DNA from: Blepharisma stoltei ATCC 30299 | Taxonomy: Eukaryota > Protista > Ciliophora | Assembly (NCBI GenBank): GCA_965603825.1 | Contig: CBFDEM010000013.1 | Span: forward strand, 744,001-808,000 | DNA: 64,000 nt | Reading direction: 5' to 3' | Shown here: positions 45,825 through 55,812 of the stretch, one piece after another | Layout of the letters: each line of letters begins with the position of its first letter | How positions within the stretch are numbered: the stretch's first letter is position 1 | Notes under the pieces: model-generated | Databases searched by the model: none | The model's input: only the letters and a program-made list of their open reading frames with translations | What the model was told of the DNA's origin: nothing | Translations under genes and position numbers: made by a program

Positions 45825-46892
45825 TTATTTATCAGCTTCCCAATCGATCTGAAGTATAGTGTCAGAAACTTTAATTTGGCTTCCACTTTTTAGCTTGCAA
45901 GGCGCTGAATGCTCTCTTCCACTTCTATTTTTTCTGAAAACTGAAAACCATGTGCCATTTACTGTAGCTTTACTGTCAAGCCCATCATAGAGCAGCCACT
46001 TTCCTTCATCATAAACAACCCTGCATTGAGTTCTAGAAATCGTGTTTTCTGGAAGCTGAATATCACAAATCTGTGATCTCCCTATTGTGAAAACTTTGTA
46101 TTTTTCTTCAGCTGCGAATTTCCATGTAGAAGGACTCATAGTTTCTTCATTATCGTTTGGGTTTCTGCTTACTTTGATAGCAATATAAGGCCCAATATCA
46201 TCAATAGCTAAATCAGACTCAGTAAATGTATTTTGGTACTCTTCTAAGGTTTGTTCAGAATTAACTGTAAGTGGGACAGGATCGCATACAACTCTATCGA
46301 TCTCTATAATTATATCGCTTCCAATCAAAAAATTTTGCCCTACTTCAAGTTCGATAGGATCTACATTGGAAACACGGATATAAGTTCCACACATGCTGCC
46401 TAGATCAATTAAAAAAGGAGATTTCGGCTCTTTTAAAAACAGAAGAATGCAGCGAAACAGATCTTGAGGGAGAAATTGCAGTATTGATTTTTTACCCAAC
46501 CGAGGATGATAGCCCATAAGAAACGCAATCCAAGTATCCGGGATCTCTTTATTAAAAAAATCATTACAATCTATCATACAATGGGAACGGCTAATTGCAC
46601 GGTCACTTGCAGGGAGAGTGATGTCGTTAGGCCTTTTTCCATCTTCTGTCACTTGTTGACGGCCAATCCTGATAGTGCGATCTTGTGGAGTTCTTTGAGA
46701 ATTGATAACACCTGTTGCATTAACTGTGAAAACTTGAGGAATTGATTGTTCTACGGAAGTCCGAACTATCTGAATAAAAGATACAGAAATAGTTAAAAAT
46801 TTTTGAGGCTGAGGCGAAGGGTTTTGGAGGTTTTCGTTTTTGTGTTCTTCATTGAAAGGGTCTTCATTAGACTGATTTTCGCTTTTTTCCAT
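45825..46892 (-). CDS. Tandem FHA-domain protein with F-box-like insert
   Basis: FHA1 IGR..ISRSHC..DLGSMCGT; FHA2 IGRSQICDI..ISRTQC..VNGTW; insert LQFLPQDLFRCILLFL; start ATG 46892. Confidence 0.82.
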   Translation of the reverse strand: MEKSENQSNEDPFNEEHKNENLQNPSPQPQKFLTISVSFIQIVRTSVEQSIPQVFTVNATGVINSQRTPQDRTIRIGRQQVTEDGKRPNDITLPASDRAISRSHCMIDCNDFFNKEIPDTWIAFLMGYHPRLGKKSILQFLPQDLFRCILLFLKEPKSPFLIDLGSMCGTYIRVSNVDPIELEVGQNFLIGSDIIIEIDRVVCDPVPLTVNSEQTLEEYQNTFTESDLAIDDIGPYIAIKVSRNPNDNEETMSPSTWKFAAEEKYKVFTIGRSQICDIQLPENTISRTQCRVVYDEGKWLLYDGLDSKATVNGTWFSVFRKNRSGREHSAPCKLKSGSQIKVSDTILQIDWEADK

Positions 46893-47134
46893 TATTTTTA
46901 ATTTTTGGTATGGAAATAGGTTTATTTGAAAAATTGAGGATAAATTAAATACTAAATACAGTAAATTTGGCATTTAGATTTAAATTCTTGGAAAATAAGC
47001 CTAAATTAACCTGAAATAGATTCATTATTGAAATTTTGCTTATTAAAGTGCCAAAAATCCATAAAATTGTAAATAAATAAAATTTAGAAGATCAATTACA
47101 TGCAAATTAAATTTAAGTCGTCTCCATCAATAAA

Positions 47135-47806
47135 ATGGTATATACAATACGCCATAAAGGCTTCTGGGATTATGCAGTTGGAAATGGCTATTATGATAGA
47201 AACTTCCACAACTTCATCAAGAAAATTGAGCCACCAAAAGAGCAGACACTGTTTATCACACGAAAAAACGACTCATACTTCCCATTCAGATACTTGCATG
47301 TATACAGAACATTAAAGCGTGCTGGCAATCAATTCTTCCAAGGAAATGAACTCATTCAAAATGTCTTCACATTAAGTCTTCGTGCTATGTACCAAAGAGT
47401 TCCAGAAGAAATGTTCACCCAAAGATATGGAGGTTGGGATATGCTAGTTCATAAAGGAGAGCGTCATTGGGAGCTTATGACTTATAACCAGCATCCTCTA
47501 CAACAAGATCTCTATGAAATGGTCAATAAGTATATCCACGAAACTCAAGGAGAGAAATCTGAAGAAGAAAAAGAAAGAGCTTTAGAATTTGTTAAGAAAT
47601 TAGATACCTTGACTAAACAAAAGAAGGAAAGGCTTGGACTTAAAGAATACGAAACTCTAGAGCAGCAAGATCTTGCAGATACATTTGATGAAGCTATGAA
47701 GGAAGAAAGAGCTGCAAGAGGATCACAATTTTATGTTAAGCCACAAGAGGAGGTAGAAAAAGAAGATGAGATTGAAAATCCTAGAAGAGTTTCATACTTT
47801 TATTAA
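47135..47806 (+). CDS. LYR-motif protein, possibly mitochondrial complex I NDUFA6/B14-like subunit
   Basis: LHVYRTLKR..LRAMYQR..DMLVHKGERHWE parallels NDUFA6 LYR...VREMF..DLLVIKG..LEE. Confidence 0.5.
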   Translation: MVYTIRHKGFWDYAVGNGYYDRNFHNFIKKIEPPKEQTLFITRKNDSYFPFRYLHVYRTLKRAGNQFFQGNELIQNVFTLSLRAMYQRVPEEMFTQRYGGWDMLVHKGERHWELMTYNQHPLQQDLYEMVNKYIHETQGEKSEEEKERALEFVKKLDTLTKQKKERLGLKEYETLEQQDLADTFDEAMKEERAARGSQFYVKPQEEVEKEDEIENPRRVSYFY

Positions 47807-48055
47807 GATAAACTCGAAGTTAAGTATCAAATATATTATCTTTTATAATGCCTAATTTGGTATAGAATTGCTGTTTGGAGGAAGAAAAATGAATTTCAAT
47901 TAAAATTTACTTCAGATAGCCATCTTCTATATTACTGTTGAAAAAATGTTAAAATGGTTTGTATAGAATACAGAATACAGCAATTACTTTTCAAAACAAA
48001 ATAAAATAAAGTGCACACAAATTTAATAACTTTAAATTTTAAAAAAGAGGTCTTT

Positions 48056-48490
48056 ATGAAAATCCAAAGTGAGCAATTAAGAGCACCTCAAGAAATAACC
48101 ATTATTCCTTCAGTCTTTATAAGTATTTTTACCCATATGACGAAAGATATAGCTAGCACAAACGAACTTCAACGAAAGATCGGGATATGAAGAGCGTCCA
48201 TATTAATATCCCATTTGAAACAATTTATTTATCGGAATCAAATATAAGTGAACCAGGTTTTTCTGAACACACAAGAAAAATTAACTGTCCTGCTTGGAAT
48301 TTTTCCAAATTTTAAAATATTAGGCTAGCACTCTGCATGGACTCTCAATGAATCAGAAAGCTTTATAATAATTTCACATCAATAATAGAAAATCCCTAAT
48401 TTTAATGTGAAACATTCAGAAGGAGTGCAAGCAGGTCAAGAACTTTTCACATTTGAAGTCTGAAAAGCTTCTGAGAAAGAATTTACTTGA
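48056..48490 (+). pseudogene. Decayed tandem copy of the MPN domain of the 48677 gene
   Basis: RAPQEITIIPSVFISIFTHM parallels RAPQDIIIHPSVFINIFEHM. Frameshifts present; ILG-TAG-HS where the intact copy has ILG-TGA(W)-YS. Confidence 0.82.
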
Positions 48491-48676
48491 GAAGTTGCTT
48501 TTTTAATTTACTTTGCTACCATATAGTCACATATAAATCAATATATTTTAAGTTTTATTAAAAAATTAGAGAAATTATATATTTTAGCAAAGAATAAGAG
48601 TGCGTATTTAGCAGAATAAATAATTTATAATAACCTATATATAAACTATAATTAAAAGGGGCTCGATTATAAAATT

Positions 48677-51079
48677 ATGATAGACACTCAGCAGTCAAGA
48701 GCACCTCAAGATATAATTATTCATCCCTCAGTCTTTATCAATATCTTTGAACACATGATCAAATATATCTCCAGTAGAAATACATTTCAGCGACAGGTTG
48801 GTATACTCCTTGGCTATGAAGAAAATTGTTGTGTTCATATCAATATCTCGTTCGAAGCAATTTGTTTAGAAGGGTCAAATACAAATGAACCAGATATTTC
48901 TGCTATTCAAAAAAAATCTTCCAGCCTTCTTGGAATACTCCCAAATTATAAAATATTAGGCTGATACTCTACCTATACACTCAGTGAGTCTGAAATGATA
49001 TTTTATAATAATTTCACTTCTCTAATAGAAAATCCTTTATTATTGGTATGAAATGACTCACTGGAAATCCCAAAAAATCAAGAGCAATTCTTATTTGGAC
49101 TCTATAAAATTTGTAAGCACGAACTTAACATGGAAATTTTTTCCGAGCTTATTAAGATTCCATATACAATTGGAATAAACCAAATAGCTTCTCCTAGTTT
49201 TCATAATTTTCCTGTTTTTCCTGATTCCCCTGATTCTCCAATTAAATCTAAAAGATTTTTTCAAGAAAATATTTCAACTGACATTTATACAAAGCAAATT
49301 AAAGAAATTGAAGGAATCATCTTAAATTCTCTGATCATAACAATTATTAATCAGTTATGTAAAGGAGATCAAGCTTTATTATTAAATTTATCAAATTTTA
49401 ATCCCAAAAATTCTCATATGGACATTTATGTAGAATTAACAAGCTTAGAGATTAACGACGAACTATTAAGCAAGAAAGTATTTTTTATGAAAAAAACTGT
49501 CACAGGCATATCAAAATTTTTAAAAGAACTTAAAGAATCAATAATGAGCATGGATTTGAGAGAAACACAGTTTTTAGAAGACAATTTTACAATTATAAAA
49601 AGTTGCTTTAATAGTGCAAGCCAACCAGTCATTTTTAAAGAAACAAGATTTTCTAACATTCAAGGTATTGAAAATTTTATAAGCACTGCAAATGCTTATG
49701 ACATATTATCAATAATAAATTGCATTACATATGATAAACTAGAAGAGCAATCTATATCATTTAAATTCTTATTTAAATGAATCGAAAGTAGCTGGTTACC
49801 TTATAGCAAGTTTATACTTAGATTTCTATCTAAAAAAAATACTGAATCGCCTGAAGCTGAGAAGAAATATTTGATATGAAAATTAAAAAATTGCGATGTT
49901 GTCAGAGAATATGAAAATTATGGAAAATGAAATAGCTTGCCTAGAAGTAAATTTGAAGAATTTTGCTTACTTTGAATATTTGCAGTCAGAAATAAACACC
50001 AAATAATTGAAAAATATGAGCATTTAATAAAGGATGTTTACCAAAAAATTCTTGACTTCAATGATCCAACAGATGAAGAAATCAATTCATTTTTTTACTT
50101 TTTATTTACAATATTATCCAGCTCCAGCTCAGAGCTTTATTGCAATATAGGAGAATATATTGATCGTGTAGTAGATAAAATCAGAACAAGGTAAACCTTA
50201 AACAGCATTATAAAAATCATTTTAAAACTCAAAGATGAATGCGTATTTAATGAAAAAGAATTTATTCAGTCTTTAGATTGCATTTTCCCAATATGTAATA
50301 TGAAAGTCCTTTTAAAAATATTTACTATCAAAGAGGGTTTTGGAGGTAATTTCATTTCTCATTATTTAGAAAGACATCTGCAGCTTTCTGAAGATGAGTA
50401 TCGCCAGCGCGTCAAATACGCATTAGATATCCTAGAAGAATATATATGCCACTATAGAAAATATCTTGATATAGCAATCTTAGATAATCTATATGAAAAA
50501 GTAAAAATTGAGAATTTTTGAAATGATAATCTATATAAAGATATACTAAAGAGACTTACTCAAATACAAATAGAGTCTGGAAGTTATAGCCAAAGCTTCT
50601 TAGATAAATATTTTGAAAATTTAACATTGCAAAACCAAGATTCTATTGATTTTAAAGGTTGAACTGATAATTTTAAAATACTTTTCATCTATATGTTTTT
50701 TAGCAAAACTATAGAAGAAAAACAAAGAAAGCAGCAATTAATATTTGAATATATCAATAGATTTGCGTCTGATATCTTGATATTTATATCTAATGTAGAT
50801 ATAAATCAAATTTTTTCGATTTTAAAACTTAGCTGCGGACTTATTCCTAATCTACAACAATCACTAAGTGAAACCTTTAAGAGAATCATTAATGAAAGCA
50901 TTCAAGTCCCATACTTGAATTGGCAAAAAGGCACTGGAAAACTAATCGATCTTCATGGTGAAATCTTAGAATTAAATTTTGATGAGCCTTGTATCTTAAT
51001 TCCTGACATGATAAAACACGTTTTTAATAGGATTATCTCATATTTAGATTTTAGTTTTAGCGACAGTGAAGATATATAA
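48677..51079 (+). CDS. MPN-minus (CSN6/eIF3f-like) domain fused to long helical region; exons 48677-50190, 50206-51079
   Basis: IIIHPSVFINIFEH..QVGILLG..VHINISFEA..ILG[W]YST..ENPLLL. Continuous frame with TGA=Trp and one 15-nt intron; no JAMM HxH motif. Confidence 0.75.
50191..50205 (+). other. 15-nt spliceosomal intron GTAAACCTTAAACAG
   Basis: GT..AG with A at position 10. Removal eliminates the only in-frame TAA in a 2.4-kb frame. Confidence 0.8.
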
Positions 51080-51709
51080 GACATTATGGATGAGATAGAT
51101 TTATGATAGGGAATGGAAGCTATGATGGAGGGAGAAATTGAGGGTGAAGAGAATTTAGGCGAAATTGGAGATGATCATGGAGACTCTTTTGAAGAAATGA
51201 GATTGTGAATCGCTCAGCAAGAAGAAAAAATACTAGATGGAAATGAGCTGATCCTGGCCACAGGATCAATTAATCAAGCATCAATTGAGGTTATCGTGAG
51301 AGAAAAAGAAGACAAAGAAATCTTTGTGTCTGCCAGAGCAGCAGAATTGGTAGAAGCAATTAAAAGGAAACAAAAAGAGGATGAGAAGCCATGGATGGAC
51401 GTGAAATCTTATGGGAAAGATGCAATCCTAAATGAAGAAGATGCTGGAGAAACAATTGAAGAAAACATCTGGGGAGATGCTTGTGGAGTAAATGAAGAAG
51501 ATACTGATGGAAAATCTGAAGGTGCGGCGAAAGAAACTAAAATGGAAATCGAAGGAGAAACTGATGGGAAAAATTAAGGAGAAAATCATAGGGAAACTCA
51601 TGGAGACACTGAAGAAGAAGCTAGAGGAGAAATCAGAGAAAGAAGTGATGAAAAGACTGAAGGACTTGAAGCATGGAAGAGAAGGAAGAAATGTGAAAGG
51701 AGATTATTA
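51080..51709 (+). pseudogene. Decayed acidic C-terminal extension of the MPN gene (continues 52530-52553 after the insertion)
   Basis: Same frame as 48677, E/D/G-rich, with TAG 51107 and TAA 51575. Excising the insertion gives ..WKRRKKCERRLL|KQISFDS*. Confidence 0.7.
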
Positions 51710-52529
51710 TTATTATTATTCTTACGGTTTTCGTCCAGCATTTGGACCAACTTTCCCCTCCAAGTATTTTCTAATTTTAAAAATTTCTCCAATAAACTTC
51801 CTTATTTCTTCATTAACTTTCCAAATATGTTCACTATGTTTCAAACGCATAATTTTGTCAAACCTTCAACCACACAGAATTATTTCGGTAAGACTCAGTA
51901 AATAAAAATCCTCCTTCAGTAATTTTTCCATTTCATTTATTAGTTTCACCCTGCTACTCTCATAAATGTAGCAATTTTCAATGGCATGTACTTCATCCTC
52001 AACTTGCTCTCCACAAAATCTGCACTCTGAGCTATCTGCTATATGTCGGACGAACCTACAATGATTAGTGAAATTCGATCCAGATCTCAACCCAAAAATT
52101 ATGCTGACAGCCTTGCTTGTTTCACTAGCACCCTGCAAACATATAGGTAGTTTGTATCGAACTTCACAATCTGATAAATATCTGTACAGCTCAGTCGTTT
52201 TTCACCTTTCAGTTGCCATTCTCTCAATTTTCTTGTCTTCAAATGTCTTTATTATTTTAAACAAGTAATTTTCAATATCTACATCCTCCAGCCCATATTT
52301 CTCTAAAACTCCCCTATCTCTTTTCGCACGGTAGGAGCTGCTGCTCATTTATTCTTAGAAGATGTTGGATAAGCGGGTCATTCTTGTGCTTAAGCCTATT
52401 TCTAAATGACAGTAACCTCTTGTCCATTCTGTCTCAATGTTTATTAGATTTAGATCACCAAGAACTGTTTCGTTACACGCATTCCTATGAGCACCTAATA
52501 GCCTTCTTGCATATGAAAGGAGATTATTA
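51694..52529. repeat. Target-site duplication TGAAAGGAGATTATTA at 51694-51709 and 52514-52529
   Basis: Exact 16-nt direct repeat 820 bp apart, bounding the element. Confidence 0.9.
51710..52513 (-). mobile_element. 5'-truncated non-LTR (LINE-type) retrotransposon insertion
   Basis: Post-RT motif ARRLLGAHRNACNETVLGDLNL. CCHC knuckle LRSG..ECRFCGEQVEDEVHAIENC. Stop TAA 51722-51724 followed after 1 nt by an (AAT)6 tail. Flanked by a 16-bp direct repeat. Confidence 0.9.
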
Positions 52530-53111
52530 AAGCAAATTTCATTTGATAGTTAATTTTAAAAAAACCATAAGGATTTGCTGTGAACTTATTGCTCATTGAA
52601 TAATGCAATGCGATGTGATGTAAATTTTATATAAATAGCAGCGGAAAAGCTGAATAAAATTTAAATTTAAAAGAAAAGCACAAAGAATACAGTTTCTATA
52701 TTCATGATTAAAGTTTAGTTTATAAATAAACGCATAAAGGCAAATCAAAAATAAAATATTTAAAAGCTATATGAAAAATATTCATTAAAAACAAATGATG
52801 CGAAAAAAACCCAAAAATAATTTTCTTAAGAAAACTTATCAATAATATTGCTATTATAATATAAGTGAAAGATTTGGAAATAAATCCAAGTAGAGCAAAT
52901 GATAAATTACTCCTATTTAAAATCTCAAAGTAATCAATAAATATTTTACATTATCAAATCTAAATAAGAGGAATAGTAACAAGATAAGAATTAAAATCTT
53001 GATTTCTCAGATTCAATTCAAAATTGGCTTGAATACTTTATCAGAAATTTTTTTATTTTATCCCTCGCCCATATATTTAGTTAATTTAATGCTAATAGTT
53101 TGTCATAGAGG

Positions 53112-54104
53112 ATGGATTTCTATAATTTTGATATATCATGTATAAATTGAGAAGATTGTAGGCAAAGTGACACAATAGCTAAATATTTGGTGGTGCTTTT
53201 TATGGATATTGGGATTGTTAATATGGAAAAAAATTTAGAATATGATGAAGATAATACTGAATTATATAATGAAATAGAAGATTACAGGAAGAGCCAACTT
53301 GAAGTTTTCAAGGAATGCCCGAATTGCTTTGCCTTTAAGACCATTTTCGACTTGAACAATCATTTTGCTGTACGACAATTGCTTTTATCGAGATTTTTAG
53401 GCATTTTTCAATGTTCACTAGATTCGTCTCAACTTAAAGAGGTTTTATATAACCTCAATAACTATGCTTCAACTGTTGTGATGGAAGAGCCTAAAAGACT
53501 GCCTTCATATATAGAAAAAGAATTAAAAGAAGTAATTCATTATAAAGCTGCTGCAGCTGCATATAAAAAGCTTGGTATGGACATAGAGATTCTTCATGAC
53601 CTAAAATACGAATTATTCATATTTCCAATCAGAAGCAAATTTTTAGGGATTACATTATTTGGTGGCACAGTCTTACTGAATAGTTCATTGTTTGATAGAG
53701 ATGAAGATTTATCTAGGTGTTTCCAAAAAATTACTTTTGTACACGAAATAGCACATTTAATTAGAAGAAGGTCAAACAATGGATTCTATGATGCAAAAAT
53801 TAAAACACCAAATGTTTCTGGAATGCTGACTCCTGGATCTCCAGGATATATTAATGCAAATGAGGCAATGATGTGTGATGAAGGAGGCCAACAATTAGAG
53901 AGAGAGCTTTTTGGATTTTATGTGACAGAAGTTAATATGAATCATATTAAATATATCAATAAAAATGCTAACTGAAATAAAGAACTTCCTGATTTCAAAG
54001 ATGGTTTGGCTAATATGTTTGATGAAACACTTTTTACCTATCATTATTGTAGAGCAGAAGACTTGCTCTATAGAATTGATAGACTCTCACACAGCGAAGC
54101 TTAG
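53112..54104 (+). CDS. Putative zincin-like metalloprotease (HEXXH), 330 aa
   Basis: FLGITLFGGTVLLN..ITFVHEIAHLIRR..EGGQQLERELFG; TGA=Trp near both ends; ends TAG 54102. Confidence 0.7.
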
Positions 54105-54363
54105 AAATTTTTAATTAAGGTAATGCAAAATTATAAGAGTAATTAATAAACTAAAGTTTATGGAATTAGATTTTAATCATAAAAAATATTTCAATAAAAG
54201 AATATATTATTATGACAATAATTTTCCTATAATTATGAAAGATCTTATTTTTTGAAAATAGATATAATCAGATATAAATTCTTAATATTAGGTTTTAACT
54301 AAAAATAAAAATAACTTTCCACAAGCTTTTCCATTTTAATTCGCCAGTTTTAATTGTATAAAA

Positions 54364-55512
54364 ATGTGGTCCACACTGCACTCAAAATTACGCTTTTCGA
54401 GTGGCAAAAGGCTCAACTCAACATTTCGAGCTTCAGAGATAGTTATCGACCTCACAAATAATCCTAAAACCATGCCAGCTCTTGACGAAACCTTAATTTT
54501 TGGCAAAAAAACAACAGACCACTTATTTTCCGTCGATTGGGATGCCAAAAGAGGCTGGCACACGCCTCAAATCACTCCATATCAACCCTTAGTCTTAGAC
54601 CCCACAAGTTCGTGTTTCCATTATGGAACTGAATGTTTTGAAGGAATGAAAGCCTACCGGACAGCAACAGGAAAGGTCCTCCTTTTTAGGCCCGAAATGA
54701 ACGTCCGAAGGCTCCGAAAAAGTGCAGCAGCTTTAGCTTTGCCTGATTTTGACGGTGAAGAATTCCTCCAATGCATACGAAAATTCGTAGATATTGACAG
54801 AAGATGGGTCCCTAATAAAAAAGGATACTCAATGTACATCAGGCCGACCATGATAGGGACGCACCAACAGTTAGGGGTTACCAAGCCAGGAAAAGCCAAA
54901 CTTTTTATTGTAAATGCTTTGGTGGGTCCTTATTTCCCTACAGGTTTTAAGCCAGTCGCCCTTTATTGTGATGAAGCAAGAGTAAGAGCTTGGCCAGGTG
55001 GTGTTGGTGATAAAAAAGTGGGAGGAAATTATGGCCCAGGGATAGCTTATACAGATGAAATAAATAAGCTCGGGTATCAACAGCTGCTATGGCTTGTAAA
55101 CGAAAATGTCACAGAGGTAGGGACGATGAATTTCTTTGTCCTTTGGAAAAATAAAGAAGGAGAAACTGAGCTGATAACAGCTCCACTTGATTCGACAATA
55201 CTAGAAGGAGTCACCAGAGACTCAATTTTAGCGCTTACTAAGGAATGGAGTGAGTTTAAAGTGTCAGAAAGATCCTTTACTATTCATGAACTTACTGAAG
55301 CTATAGAGCAAGGAAGAGTTATTGAAGCTTTTGGAGCTGGAACTGCATGTATTGTATGCCCTGTTAAGAAAATTTTCTATAAAGGGAAGGATTATGAAAT
55401 CCCTATGAAGCTTGGAAATAGTGGACTGCTCACAAAGAGACTTTTGGATCATGTTTTATCGATACAGTATGGAGAAATACAACATCCATGGTCATATCAG
55501 GTAGATTATTAA
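54364..55512 (+). CDS. BCAT: Branched-chain amino acid aminotransferase, mitochondrial
   Basis: FHYGTECFEGMKAY, LFRPEMN, YIRPTMIG, RAWPGGVGDKKVGGNY, EVGTMNFF, ILEGVTRDS, FGAGTAC. Confidence 0.95.
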   Translation: MWSTLHSKLRFSSGKRLNSTFRASEIVIDLTNNPKTMPALDETLIFGKKTTDHLFSVDWDAKRGWHTPQITPYQPLVLDPTSSCFHYGTECFEGMKAYRTATGKVLLFRPEMNVRRLRKSAAALALPDFDGEEFLQCIRKFVDIDRRWVPNKKGYSMYIRPTMIGTHQQLGVTKPGKAKLFIVNALVGPYFPTGFKPVALYCDEARVRAWPGGVGDKKVGGNYGPGIAYTDEINKLGYQQLLWLVNENVTEVGTMNFFVLWKNKEGETELITAPLDSTILEGVTRDSILALTKEWSEFKVSERSFTIHELTEAIEQGRVIEAFGAGTACIVCPVKKIFYKGKDYEIPMKLGNSGLLTKRLLDHVLSIQYGEIQHPWSYQVDY

Positions 55513-55812
55513 ATCTAAACCTAAATCTTAATAATAAATCTACTTTTTGATGAAAAATTGATAAGACTATGCACATCAAAATTAATTTTTATTTTTGTAT
55601 AATGTTAACAAAAATAATAAGCATATTTAAAAGGAATCTGCATGAATGATCCTATTTCCATATATCGCAATACAGAATAAAGCTCGCTAATTATATCTCA
55701 TCAATAAATATAGCTTTTTACTTCTGTCCATTTATTTATCCTATACATGAGCTATTTTTTGTTTTACTATTTCTATTTATCAATTTCTGAGCTTTATTTT
55801 CCATTTATTAAT

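Noticed and set aside
51492-51905. 137-aa ORF with a poly-Tyr run (and 51598-51792 with poly-Asn)
   Set aside because: Chimeric off-frame reading across the host tail, the (ATT)n retro-tail and the element.
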